DNA of 64,000 nucleotides from Candidatus Binatia bacterium (GTDB lineage: Bacteria; Desulfobacterota; Binatia; Bin18). Under the pieces are notes generated by a model, which did not search any database, was not told the origin of the DNA, and saw only the letters and a program-made list of their open reading frames with translations. The translations under genes and the position numbers were made by a program. Within the stretch, counting starts at the first letter, position 1, and every line of letters begins with the position of its first letter. Location of the stretch: NCBI GenBank assembly GCA_963664395.2, contig OY761159.2, positions 2,048,001 through 2,112,000 of the forward strand, read 5' to 3'. Shown here piece after piece: positions 1-9,160 of the stretch.

Positions 1-9
1 ACCTTTCTG

Positions 10-381
10 CTATATTCCCTCTCCCGCCGGGTGAGGGTTTTCTCCGAGCCAGCTCTGAATCTCGTCTTCGATACTGTCTATCGAAAACCACGTCACAAAA
101 TCCGGCCGACCCGTCGGTCGTTGGCGTTTGATATAGCGCACCCGCGTGTCGTCCTGCATCAGGTCAAGCCGAGGGCCGACCGGACAGCTCGACATACACG
201 CTACGTCGCGGACTTCAGCTACCTCTCTGAGCTGCCGTTCATCAACGAGTTTCCGAACCGCGGTCAGCAGCTTGAGCCCGTTATAGACACACGGCTCGGC
301 CTCAGCCTTGCGGACCTTGACCTCAACCGTTCTGTTCGTACACTTGGTCTTGGTACAGATATGAATTTCGAGTTTTCCCAA
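10..381 (-). CDS. Thioredoxin-like [2Fe-2S] ferredoxin domain protein
   Basis: 123 aa; N-terminal IHICTKTKC and C-x3-C-x2-GP (CMSSCPVGP) typical of the thioredoxin-fold ferredoxin family. Confidence 0.65.
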   Translation of the reverse strand: MGKLEIHICTKTKCTNRTVEVKVRKAEAEPCVYNGLKLLTAVRKLVDERQLREVAEVRDVACMSSCPVGPRLDLMQDDTRVRYIKRQRPTGRPDFVTWFSIDSIEDEIQSWLGENPHPAGEGI

Positions 382-490
382 GGCTCGGCTCGTTCGCTTT
401 TTTGGCTCCGCCTACAAAGACACAGGCGGGGGGCAAATACAAGAGGCGCGAGAGCCGGCAGCGGGAACAACGCGGAAGGAAGGAACGCCC

Positions 491-1609
491 ATGCATCCAG
501 ACGACATCAGAGAATATCGCCGCCGGCACGTGCCCGTTTTTAATGACAATACAATGAAGCTCGGCATTTTTGGTCAGAACTGCAGCCACGGCTGTACCAT
601 CACGCATGCCGAGTCCACCTTTGAGCCAACCTATGAACATAGTGTGCTGATTTCCCGGCAGGCGGATGACTTGGGATTTGAACTCCTGGTTCCCGTCGGA
701 CGCTGGAAAGGCTTTGGCGGCAGCACCGATTTTAATGGCAACTGCATGGAGACCTACACCTGGGCCACGGCCATGGCGACCCAGACCAAAAACATTATGC
801 TCTTCTCCACCTCGCACGTCCCGACCATTCATCCGATTATGGCCGCCAAACAGGGCGCCACGATTGACCATATTTCCAACGGACGCTGGGGCCTCAACAT
901 TGTGTGCGGCTGGTTCTCGCCGGAGATGGAAATGTTTGCGGCCAAACAAATGGCGCACGATGATCGCTACCGGTATGCCGGCGAGTGGCTCCAGGTTATC
1001 AAGCGCCTGTGGACCGAGCAGAACTTTGACCACACCGGCGAGTTCTTTCAGGTCAAAGACGGCTATCTGCTGCCCAAGCCGGTCCAACAGCCCTATCCGG
1101 TTTTGATTAACGCCGGCTTCTCTCCAGCCGGCCAGGATTTCTCTGCGCGGGAAGTAGACTTTAATTTTATCCAGGTCGATACCCTGGAACACGGCAAAGA
1201 GATCGTCGCGAATGTGAAGAAACAGGCCCATGCGTATGACCGAGAGATCGGCATGATGTCCTACGGTTTTGTCGTCTGCCGCGACACGGAAAAAGAAGCC
1301 AGACAGGCGTACGATTACGTCATTGAAAAAGGGGACTGGACCGCGGCCCGCAATATTATTGACCTGCTGGGCGTCGAGAGTCAGTCCTTCAGCGAAGAGA
1401 CTCTGACCAAGTTTGCCGAGCGCTTCATCGCCGGCTGGGGCGGCTATCCCCTGGTTGGCACGCCGGAGCAGGTGGTCGATGAAATGCTCAAAATCGCACA
1501 CACCGGCATCGAAGGGCTGATCGTGTCCTGGCTCGACTATAACCAGGAGTTGAAATACTTCGGCGAGCGCGTCATGCCGCTGATGCGCCAAGCCGGGCTG
1601 CGGGAGTAG
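491..1609 (+). CDS. LLM-class (luciferase-like) flavin-dependent monooxygenase, RutA/SfnG-like
   Basis: GRWKGFGG, AKQGATIDHISNGRWGLNIVCGW, PKPVQQP, NAGFSPAG, LVGTPEQV motifs; GGAAGGAAGG RBS upstream. Confidence 0.9.
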   Translation: MHPDDIREYRRRHVPVFNDNTMKLGIFGQNCSHGCTITHAESTFEPTYEHSVLISRQADDLGFELLVPVGRWKGFGGSTDFNGNCMETYTWATAMATQTKNIMLFSTSHVPTIHPIMAAKQGATIDHISNGRWGLNIVCGWFSPEMEMFAAKQMAHDDRYRYAGEWLQVIKRLWTEQNFDHTGEFFQVKDGYLLPKPVQQPYPVLINAGFSPAGQDFSAREVDFNFIQVDTLEHGKEIVANVKKQAHAYDREIGMMSYGFVVCRDTEKEARQAYDYVIEKGDWTAARNIIDLLGVESQSFSEETLTKFAERFIAGWGGYPLVGTPEQVVDEMLKIAHTGIEGLIVSWLDYNQELKYFGERVMPLMRQAGLRE

Positions 1610-1641
1610 GGAATTGCCCCGCCCCGCCCTTCGGCAGTACA

Positions 1642-2478
1642 ATGACTCTCATGGCACACGCCAAGCAGGACCTGACCTACGAGTCCTACCTCCGCTTGCC
1701 GGAACTTCTCAACCTCCAGACTCCCCAATCCGACCCACCCGCTCATGACGAACTCCAGTTCATCATTGTCCATCAAAGCTATGAGCTGTGGTTTCGGCTG
1801 CTGTATGAGATCCGCACCATCATCAGCCATCTGCGGGCAGGGCGGGTACGGCAGGCGATTTGGCTGTTGCGGCGGCTCGTTGAGATTGAGCGGGTGATGA
1901 TCCAGCAGATCCAGGTGCTGGAAACCATGTCGCCGGTGCATTTTCTTGAGTTTCGCGATTTGCTCAGACCCGCCAGCGGCTTACAGTCCTTACAGTTTCG
2001 AGAGCTCGAATTCCTATCCGGTCTCCGGGACGAACGCTTCTTTGAAGTGTTCGACGGGCGTGCTGCTGCCAGGCAACGGCTCCAGGCGGCCCATGACGGC
2101 CCCAACCTGTGGAGTGCGTTTTGTGAACTTTTACACAGCCGTGGCTTTGATTTTGATACGGACGCTGCCGAACAACAGGAGCGGGCAGTTGGGCAAATCT
2201 ACACCGACCCACGGCATTTGGATCTGCATCAGTTATGTGAAGTCATGGTTGATTATGATGAACAGTTTTGTATTTGGCGCTCCCGCCACGCCTTAATGGC
2301 TGAACGCATGGTTGGAGCAAAGCCCGGTACGGGCGACGCGTACACCGGCAAACTTGCCGGCCGAGCGTCCTTCCAGGCACCAGGAGTACGCTATCTTCAG
2401 GGACGGGTGAACGTGCATTTTTTTCCTATTCTATGGGATGTCCGTACCCAACTCGGTGGAGGGCTGTATGGTGAATGA
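1642..2478 (+). CDS. kynA: Tryptophan 2,3-dioxygenase
   Basis: LTYESYLRLPELL, HDELQFIIVHQSYELWF, ASGLQSLQFRELEF, WRSRH..AERMVGAKPGTG motifs. Confidence 0.9.
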   Translation: MTLMAHAKQDLTYESYLRLPELLNLQTPQSDPPAHDELQFIIVHQSYELWFRLLYEIRTIISHLRAGRVRQAIWLLRRLVEIERVMIQQIQVLETMSPVHFLEFRDLLRPASGLQSLQFRELEFLSGLRDERFFEVFDGRAAARQRLQAAHDGPNLWSAFCELLHSRGFDFDTDAAEQQERAVGQIYTDPRHLDLHQLCEVMVDYDEQFCIWRSRHALMAERMVGAKPGTGDAYTGKLAGRASFQAPGVRYLQGRVNVHFFPILWDVRTQLGGGLYGE

Positions 2479-3609
2479 TCTGCACTACTGGCGGGCAGCG
2501 TTTCCCATTCTCGAAACCTCAACCTATCTGATTTCACATTCCATGGGCGCTATGCCCAAAGCCACGACTGACCGACTGCACGAATATGCCGAAAGCTGGC
2601 AGCAGGAAGGGAGTGCGGTGTGGGAGCGCTGGATGGAGTTTTTCGAGGAAACCGCCGGCCTCATCGGCCAGTTTCTCAATGCTGAACCGAGCAGCCTGGT
2701 CATGCACCAGAATGTGTCAGCCCTGTTTAACGCCGTACTGTCCTGCTTTGACTTTGGCGGCAGGCGCAATAAAATCCTGTATGCCGAACTGACCTTTCCC
2801 ACCCTGCGCTACAATATTCAGTCTCGTACTCGACACGGCGCACGGCCGGTTATGATTTCCTCCCCCGACGGCATCAGGCAACCGGCCGAACGCTTTATTG
2901 AAGCAATTGACGACGAAACGCTGCTGCTGGTCCTGGACCACGGCTTATATCGATCCGGGGCCTTAATCGACATCGCCCCGATAGTTCAAGCCGCTCATGC
3001 ACGCGGCGCCCAGGTTATTGTCGATGCCTATCAAACCGTTGGAACCGTACCGATTGATGTGCAAGCCTGGCAGGCCGACTTTGTGGTCGGTGGATCACAC
3101 AAATGGTTATGTGGCGGACCAGGTGCAGCCTACCTGTATGTCTGTCCGGACCGCCTGCTGTCACGCCACCCCGTTATGACGGCTGGTTCTCGCAGGAACA
3201 GCCCTTTGCCTTTAGGGATGACATTGATTATGCCCACAGCGCGCGGCGTTTTCTGGGTGGCACGCCTGGAATGTCAGCTTTATATGCGGCGCGATCCGGC
3301 TACGAGATTCTCCTTAAAGTCGGCGTGGAACGGATTCGACAACGCAATATCGAGTTATGCCAGCGCTTAATCGAAGGCGCTCTTTCCCGCGATCTCCATA
3401 TCAACACGCCTCAAGACGCAAGGGAACGCGGCGGTCTGGTGTGCATCGACTTCGACGGGGCGGCCCAAGCCGAAGAACAGCTCGTCGCCCGGCGGGTATT
3501 TGTCGATTACCGCCCGCGCTGTGGTCTTCGTATTTCGCCCCATTTCTATACAACAGAAGACGAAATTGACCGTGTGTTTGAGGAGATTGACGCGATCCGC
3601 AAGGGATAA
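2468..3609 (+). pseudogene. kynU: Kynureninase / class V PLP aminotransferase, frameshifted at about 3180
   Basis: First frame has YLISHSMGAMP, DAYQTVG and GGSHKWLCGGPG (PLP lysine); after ATGACGGCTGG at about 3176-3186 homology continues in another frame (GWFSQEQPFAF...GLRISPHFY); overlaps the kynA stop. Confidence 0.8.
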
Positions 3610-3712
3610 GCCCTTCCTTGTGACGGGGAACAGCCAGCTTTACCCTTGGACGTCGGATTCGCATTGAATCTACACGCGGACTTATGGCAGGATGCTGGCT
3701 GGAGACTTCAGT

Positions 3713-4132
3713 ATGTCAGATGCACGGGAAAAACCGCGTCCCCTGATTGATGACCTCACCCGTCCGTTCTGGGACGCGGCCAGGGAACATCGCCTGGTTA
3801 TCCAGCGTTGCCAAGACTGTCGCCATTTTAATCACCCGCCGCGCCCGGTGTGTGATGCCTGTCACAGCGCAGCCCTGACATTCGAGCAGGTCAGCGGCCG
3901 CGGCACGATCTATAGTTTTAGTGTGATGTATCAACCCAACGTGACCGGTTTTGGGGACGAACTGCCCTACCTCAATATTCTCATTGAACTTGAAGAACAG
4001 CCGCAGCTCTTTCTGGTCTCCGACCTGCCTGAGGCGCAACGCGAGCAGGTTCGGGTCGGTGGAGAAGTCGAGGTGTATTTCGAAGATGTTGATGCAGAGC
4101 TGACGCTGCCCAAGTTTCGGCTCTTGGTCTAA
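3713..4132 (+). CDS. Zn-ribbon/OB-fold protein (DUF35, ChsH2-like)
   Basis: PFWDAA, QRCQDC...HPPRPVCDAC, SGRGTIYSF; directly upstream of a thiolase-like gene. Confidence 0.9.
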   Translation: MSDAREKPRPLIDDLTRPFWDAAREHRLVIQRCQDCRHFNHPPRPVCDACHSAALTFEQVSGRGTIYSFSVMYQPNVTGFGDELPYLNILIELEEQPQLFLVSDLPEAQREQVRVGGEVEVYFEDVDAELTLPKFRLLV

Positions 4133-4158
4133 TACTGGCCTGACCAAAGGACACACCC

Positions 4159-5346
4159 ATGACCTGGCAAGGGAAAGGTAAAACCGCCATCGTTGGTATT
4201 GGCTATTCCGCACTGAGTCGCCGTCCGCAGAAATCCCTCGGCGCGTTGAGTCTGGATGCGTGTCGGGCCGCCCTTGATGACGCCGGGCTGCCGGCCGAGC
4301 GGGTTGACGGCCTTGCTACCTTTCCTGAAGCGCCCTTTCACGGCGCGGGCACCCAGGACGGCGAACACATTGTCAGCGTCGAATACATGATGAACCATCT
4401 CCCGCTCGCGCCCGATATTCGGTGGTATGCGCAAACCGAAACCGGTCTGATTGCGAGTGCTGTTATTGAAGGGGTCAACGCCCTTTTGGCTGATGCGTGC
4501 GAGTATGTGCTGGTCTGGCGCGCGCTCCACAATCCGCGTGGCCGCTATGGGGCGTGGTCCGGCAACCAGGCTCCGGGCGACGCCCAATTCATGGCTCCCT
4601 ATGGTTGTACGAGTATTTTTCAGTGGCACGCCATGGCCTGGCAGCGCTATATGCATCGCTACGGTGCCACCCGTGCGCATCTCGCGACCTTTGTGACGAA
4701 TAGCCGGCGTAATGCCAACCTCAATCCAAACGCCTATTTTTACACCACGCCCATGACCCGGGACGATTACTTTGCCGCACGCTGGATCGCCGAGCCCTTA
4801 TGCTTGTTTGACTGCGACATTCCGGTGGAAGGCTGTGTCGCCCTCATCCTGACCACGGCCGAACGCGCCGCAGACCTCCGCCATCCCCCGGCCTATATCG
4901 CCGGCTACGGACAGAACACGAGTCGCCGCCGGGCGCTGTTTCACTATTCGTTGGATAATTATATGGAGTCCGGCCACTCGCTGGCCAGCAAGCTCTGGGC
5001 ATCTTCGGGCTTGGGACCCCAGGCCATGAGTGCCGCCGAACTGTACGACGGTTTCAGCCCCTCTACCCTGTATTGGCTGGAGGCGGCGGGCTTCTGTGGC
5101 GAAGGCGAAGCCTACAGCTTTATTCAGGACGGACGCATTGCCCTGGAAGGCGAGCTGCCGGTCAATACGTTCGGCGGCAGCCTGAGCGAAGGCCGCCTGC
5201 ACGGCATGGGTCATATTGCCGAAGCCGTCATGCAGGTGACCGACCGGGCGGAAAAGCGCCAAGTCCCCAACGCCTCAGCCGTGTGTGCGATTGACGGTTC
5301 CCCCATGCTGCGGGGGAGTGGCCTGGTGATCAGCCGGGAGCCGTAA
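4159..5346 (+). CDS. Thiolase-family protein (SCP-x/Ltp2-like)
   Basis: AIVGIG, DYFAARWIAEPLCLFDCD, LYDGF, LPVNTFGGSLSEGRLHGMGH. Confidence 0.88.
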   Translation: MTWQGKGKTAIVGIGYSALSRRPQKSLGALSLDACRAALDDAGLPAERVDGLATFPEAPFHGAGTQDGEHIVSVEYMMNHLPLAPDIRWYAQTETGLIASAVIEGVNALLADACEYVLVWRALHNPRGRYGAWSGNQAPGDAQFMAPYGCTSIFQWHAMAWQRYMHRYGATRAHLATFVTNSRRNANLNPNAYFYTTPMTRDDYFAARWIAEPLCLFDCDIPVEGCVALILTTAERAADLRHPPAYIAGYGQNTSRRRALFHYSLDNYMESGHSLASKLWASSGLGPQAMSAAELYDGFSPSTLYWLEAAGFCGEGEAYSFIQDGRIALEGELPVNTFGGSLSEGRLHGMGHIAEAVMQVTDRAEKRQVPNASAVCAIDGSPMLRGSGLVISREP

Positions 5347-5551
5347 TGGAGAGACCCTTCTCCTCACTGGGAATTATATACAATGTTACCCAGGCCATAC
5401 AGGGCACACCTGCGTCTGCGCTCGTCGATTTCGCAGATCTTGACTTCAAATAGAATTCTTGCGTCCGGGGTTGACGGTACACCCCACACATGTCAGATTT
5501 TGTTGACATACGTAATATTTGTTGCATATCTGCCATAAAAGGAGAATCCGA

Positions 5552-5731
5552 ATGAAGGCTCAAAAAAAGGAGACACACAAGCGCACCCCTGCGCGTAATG
5601 TGGGCGAGCGTCCTGCTCGGTCCATGCCTGAGCTGATCCCGGACACGCCAGAGGCTATCGCCCGTGCATGCATGAGCGGGCCACCGAAGAAGCAGTGGCA
5701 ATACAGCGCCGTTGCCAAAAGCGGAAATTAG
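5552..5731 (+). CDS. Small hypothetical protein (IPDTPEAIARA..GPPKKQW motif)
   Basis: AAGGAG RBS; 59 aa; I recall this motif from small ORFs beside IS1595 transposases. Confidence 0.55.
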   Translation: MKAQKKETHKRTPARNVGERPARSMPELIPDTPEAIARACMSGPPKKQWQYSAVAKSGN

Positions 5732-5775
5732 TCGGTTCCACACAGCAAGTGATATTTGGAAAGGGGAAAGAACGT

Positions 5776-6075
5776 ATGCCTCTGCAAGTGGGTGACAAGG
5801 TTTGGCTCTCCTGCGAAGTAAAGCCGGGGCCTTTTTCAAATGAGCGCCTTGTTCGTATTCAACTTCCCAAAGGTCCGTGGGTTGGGTTTGTTGATACTGG
5901 CGCACTCAAGGAAACAGTAGAAACAGGGAGTACCTATGTACTTGCTCGCGTGACTAAAGTCAGCGGAAGCACCGTCACTGCCATCGTGCAAGGGCACGCT
6001 CTTGACTCGCGCTACGTACAGGCGCCATCTGCCACGATGCAAAAGGTGCAACCTGGTGTTTCTCTCCCGGCCTGA
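5776..6075 (+). CDS. Small beta-rich hypothetical protein (SH3/OB-like) coupled to dCTP deaminase
   Basis: AAGGGG RBS; alternating hydrophobic strands; 3' end overlaps the dcd start. Confidence 0.65.
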   Translation: MPLQVGDKVWLSCEVKPGPFSNERLVRIQLPKGPWVGFVDTGALKETVETGSTYVLARVTKVSGSTVTAIVQGHALDSRYVQAPSATMQKVQPGVSLPA

Positions 6076-6625
6076 CATCCTCGAACATCTTGAGAACCAA
6101 GACCTGCGCTTTGACCCGCCCGTTCCAGAGGAGCGGATCGCGCAGGTGTCCATTGATCTGTTTCTTGGACGACGCTTTACCACTTTCAAGAAACCGCCCG
6201 GCTACATCACTTCAATACATATGGACCCGTCACTCTGGGATTCAGAGGACCTCTGGGAACACACAGAGACGGACATCTTTGTGTTAGAGCCTAATCAGTT
6301 TGTTCTTGCGCAAACGTTGGAACGTGTCCGCATACCAAACTCGTTGATGGGGCTTGTAGAAGGGCGTAGCGGCTTTGCACGACTCGGCGTGACGGTTCAT
6401 GCCACTGCTCCGAAGATTGATCCTGGATTCCATGCTCCCATCACGTTAGAGATGGCGAATTTTGGAAAACTGGCCGTAGAACTGCGTGCTGGAATAGACA
6501 AACCTGCTCAGCTTCTTCTTGCGAAAATTACTACACCCCTAGAAGAGTCTGAACTGTACGGCACGAATCCAGAGGATGTTTTTCAACATCAGACTGAGCC
6601 TATTCCGAGAGGGCGTAAGTCATAG
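6056..6625 (+). CDS. dcd: dCTP deaminase (dUTPase-fold)
   Basis: SIDLFLG, FVLAQTLERVRIP, VEGRSGFARLG, APKIDPGF..ITLEMAN; GTG start at 6056 inferred. Confidence 0.85.
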   Translation: MFLSRPDILEHLENQDLRFDPPVPEERIAQVSIDLFLGRRFTTFKKPPGYITSIHMDPSLWDSEDLWEHTETDIFVLEPNQFVLAQTLERVRIPNSLMGLVEGRSGFARLGVTVHATAPKIDPGFHAPITLEMANFGKLAVELRAGIDKPAQLLLAKITTPLEESELYGTNPEDVFQHQTEPIPRGRKS

Positions 6626-6750
6626 GTATCCTGTCTTACTTCCCAACCAAGTCTTTATACCGCAACCGTTTATTCATCAGCCCTCGCGCCATACACTCCA
6701 TCTGTACAGCAGTATCAAGTGGGCGCTGTTATGCCGACCGGCAAACTCGT

Positions 6751-6855
6751 TCACATCGCGGTTTGCGGTGTCGCCAGGAACCACTCGGAAACCTGACGTG
6801 CGGGTCTCGGCTTGAGCAGTTCCGATAACGTGCAGGTGTCGAGGAGAAAGCTCAC
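6751..6855 (-). pseudogene. vapC: Truncated VapC/PIN toxin (N-terminal 34 codons)
   Basis: GTGA overlap with the antitoxin stop; MSFLLDTCTLSELLKPRPARQVSEWF is a PIN N-terminus; runs directly into the IS1595 remnant. Confidence 0.75.
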
Positions 6856-7100
6856 AGGTCGATATCTCGCGGCAGTGACTTGTCGCGCTCAATGTCCAGA
6901 TCCACGCCCACCAGAGAGGCAGCTCGTAGAAACTCGGCCATCGAGTATTGCGGGCGCTTCAGACGGTCATAGTCGTCCGCGGAAAGAACAACAGCGGCTC
7001 GGCGACCGTGGACAGTAATCGTCTGCGGCCCGTCGGTCTCGGCACTGCGCACCAAGGCGCTGAAACGCGATTTTGCCTCCTGTACTTGCCAGTTTTTCAT
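6852..7100 (-). CDS. Phd/YefM family antitoxin
   Basis: WQVQEAKSRFSALVRSAETDGPQTITVHGRRAAVVLS. Confidence 0.9.
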   Translation of the reverse strand: MKNWQVQEAKSRFSALVRSAETDGPQTITVHGRRAAVVLSADDYDRLKRPQYSMAEFLRAASLVGVDLDIERDKSLPRDIDL

Positions 7101-7110
7101 ACGCTGCCCG

Positions 7111-7137
7111 TTCTGACCTTTCTGACCTTTCTGACCA
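7111..7137. promoter_or_regulatory. Three tandem TTCTGACC(T/A) repeats just upstream of the antitoxin, possible autoregulatory operator
   Basis: ttctgacct ttctgacct ttctgacca, about 10 bp from the start codon. Confidence 0.4.
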
Positions 7138-7268
7138 GAAATTACACGGGATGCGGCGGAAGCGCAATATTCCTGTTGTCACGCCTCCAGCCGCTCGTTC
7201 AGCAAGCCATGACGGGGCCCGTGCCCGCCCTTCCCCACGCCCCTGAATCCTGGAATACTGTTGACGCT

Positions 7269-8240
7269 ATGGACGAGCCAAAAGAGCGGATCGTTTTCTG
7301 TGACGCCGAGCGGATTCCGGTCCATTTGATTTCCGGCTTTCTGGGCAGCGGCAAGACAACCCTCCTGCGCCGCCTGCTTGATTATTGTCTGAGCCAGGGT
7401 CTTAAACCCGCAGTCATGATGAATGAGTATGGGGAAGTCAACATCGATGGCGAGCTGCTCCGTGGTCAAGGCTATACCATCCGGGAAATGACCAATGGCT
7501 GTATTTGCTGTACTATTGGCGGAACCCTGGGCCTCGCGCTCCAGGATGTCGCCGCCCTCAAGCCGGATGTCATTTTCATTGAAGCCACAGGTTTAGCCGA
7601 CCCGGTTGAACTCATGGATCAAGTCACAAAAGAAGAAGTCCTGCCGCTGGTCCGGCTGGCTTCGTTGATCGCCGTTCTTGATCCCATTAATTTCAGTCGC
7701 TTGGCCGAAGAAGTGCACTCGGGCATTCGTCAACAGACGGAACTGGCTGATGTGGTGTTGATAAACAAACGGGACTTGGCAGACGAGTCTGTCCTCGCGG
7801 AATTAGAGGAACAGATTCGTCAGTTAAACCCACGCACAGAAATTATTCGGACAGAACGCGGTGCAATGGAGTATGCCCGGCTTTTATGTCGAAAAGGCGA
7901 GATTGCACAATCAAGCGCTACGCCGCGTCAGGCTCCGGTGCACGACCATTTTCATACCATGACGTGTCTGTGCGAAGCTCCGCTCATCCGAGAACGGTTT
8001 GAGCAGATGATGCGCGCCTTGCCGGACACAGTGTGGCGCGCCAAAGGGTTTGTGCGCTTTACGGACTCGGACGAGCAGTGGATGTTTCAGTTTGTGACCG
8101 GGGAATTCGATATGGAGTGGCTGGATTTGTTACCCGAACCACCTGAGCACGTCGTTTTTATTGGCAAGGGTTTTGACCGGGACGCGCTGCACCACGCGCT
8201 CTTGGAATGTGCCGCCACCCGCCCGGGGGACGCCCCATGA
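7269..8240 (+). CDS. CobW/COG0523 family GTPase (metal chaperone)
   Basis: GFLGSGKT, NEYGEVNIDG, GCICC, EATG, NKRD and C-terminal RAKGF...VFIG. Confidence 0.92.
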   Translation: MDEPKERIVFCDAERIPVHLISGFLGSGKTTLLRRLLDYCLSQGLKPAVMMNEYGEVNIDGELLRGQGYTIREMTNGCICCTIGGTLGLALQDVAALKPDVIFIEATGLADPVELMDQVTKEEVLPLVRLASLIAVLDPINFSRLAEEVHSGIRQQTELADVVLINKRDLADESVLAELEEQIRQLNPRTEIIRTERGAMEYARLLCRKGEIAQSSATPRQAPVHDHFHTMTCLCEAPLIRERFEQMMRALPDTVWRAKGFVRFTDSDEQWMFQFVTGEFDMEWLDLLPEPPEHVVFIGKGFDRDALHHALLECAATRPGDAP

Positions 8241-8518
8241 GTACCAACGAAAGCGTCTCGCTGGACAAGATAGACAAGATAGACTGGATAGACTGGATAG
8301 ACTGGATAGACTGGATAGACTGGGGAAAAATTATATGGGGCGTTCTCATAGGGGCGCTGACAGGAATGATCATGTCTCTTGTCCTGCTGCCGTTTGGCGT
8401 TCACCGCGCCGAATGGATGATGGCCGCCTGCTCAACCCTGGGTGTTTTTATCGGACTCCTCAAAATAACGGACACGGAAGGACAGCAACCCGAAAAGGAG
8501 AACCAATATGATTTATGA
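8237..8518 (+). CDS. Small membrane protein with an in-frame (DWI)n tandem repeat
   Basis: ATGA overlap with cobW; two hydrophobic segments; overlaps the NIPSNAP start. Confidence 0.55.
   Translation: MSTNESVSLDKIDKIDWIDWIDWIDWIDWGKIIWGVLIGALTGMIMSLVLLPFGVHRAEWMMAACSTLGVFIGLLKITDTEGQQPEKENQYDL
8264..8323. repeat. 9-bp tandem repeat (GACAAGATA x2, GACTGGATA x4 plus a partial unit)
   Basis: Directly visible. Confidence 0.95.
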
Positions 8519-9122
8519 AGTCCGGACCTATCGCTTAAAACCAGGGACGCTGGCCGAATGTGAACGGCTCTTTGGTGACGCCCTGCCGCGACGCGAGGAA
8601 TTTTCCTCACTCGGGGCGTTTTGGCATACCGAGATCGGCCCGCTCAACGAGATCATCCATGTCTGGCCGTATGAGAGTCTTCAGCAGCGGACGGAGGCAC
8701 GAGCGCAGGCCATGCAAAGCGGGGCGTGGCCGCCCCCGATCGGCACGTTCATCGAACACATGGAATCCGAAATATTCATCCCGGCGCCCTTTATGGAGCC
8801 GCTCGGCAAGCGGCAGTTGGGCCCGGTGTATGAGATACGCACTTATATGTACCGACCGGGTGCCATGCCGACCGTGCTGGAGCGCTGGGCCAAAGCCATT
8901 CCCGACCGAACCCAACTCTCACCCCTAGCCGCTTGCTGGTATAGCGATCTCGGTACGCTCAATAAATTTGTCCATATCTGGCCCTACGCGAGCCTGGACG
9001 AACGCAGCCGCGTCCGGGCCGAGGCCGCCCAACTGCCCAACTGGCCGCCCGGCACCAAGGAGTTTTTGCTGACGCAGCAGAGTAAAATCGTCCTGCCGGC
9101 GGCGTTTTCGCCCATGCGGTAA
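8508..9122 (+). CDS. NIPSNAP family protein (two domains)
   Basis: IYEVRTYRLKPG, HTEIGPLNEIIHVWPY and a second copy VYEIRTY...LNKFVHIWPY; ends FSPMR. Confidence 0.92.
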   Translation: MIYEVRTYRLKPGTLAECERLFGDALPRREEFSSLGAFWHTEIGPLNEIIHVWPYESLQQRTEARAQAMQSGAWPPPIGTFIEHMESEIFIPAPFMEPLGKRQLGPVYEIRTYMYRPGAMPTVLERWAKAIPDRTQLSPLAACWYSDLGTLNKFVHIWPYASLDERSRVRAEAAQLPNWPPGTKEFLLTQQSKIVLPAAFSPMR

Positions 9123-9160
9123 ATCGGCTGGTGCGTCTCGCATTTCTGACAGGAAACGCA

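Larger units (their letters stand above)
5369..6761 (-). mobile_element. IS1595-family element remnant: transposase C-terminus at 6636-6761, probable passenger genes, putative end at 5369
   Basis: Minus strand 6761->6636 reads RDVNEFAGRHN / RPLDTAVQMECMARGLMNKRLRYKDLVGK* (one frameshift), matching the IS1595 transposase C-terminus; GGGAATTATATAC at 5369-5381 resembles IS1595-type termini (recalled, not verified). Confidence 0.6.

Noticed and set aside
323-1642. 439-aa antisense ORF, and similar long ORFs at 55926-57566, 9206-10138, 28418-29287 and 19682-20536
   Set aside because: They are shadows of well-supported genes on the opposite strand in GC-rich DNA and show no recognisable motifs
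3170-3190. Programmed ribosomal frameshift in kynU
   Set aside because: No slippery sequence or stimulatory structure seen; a simple indel explains it
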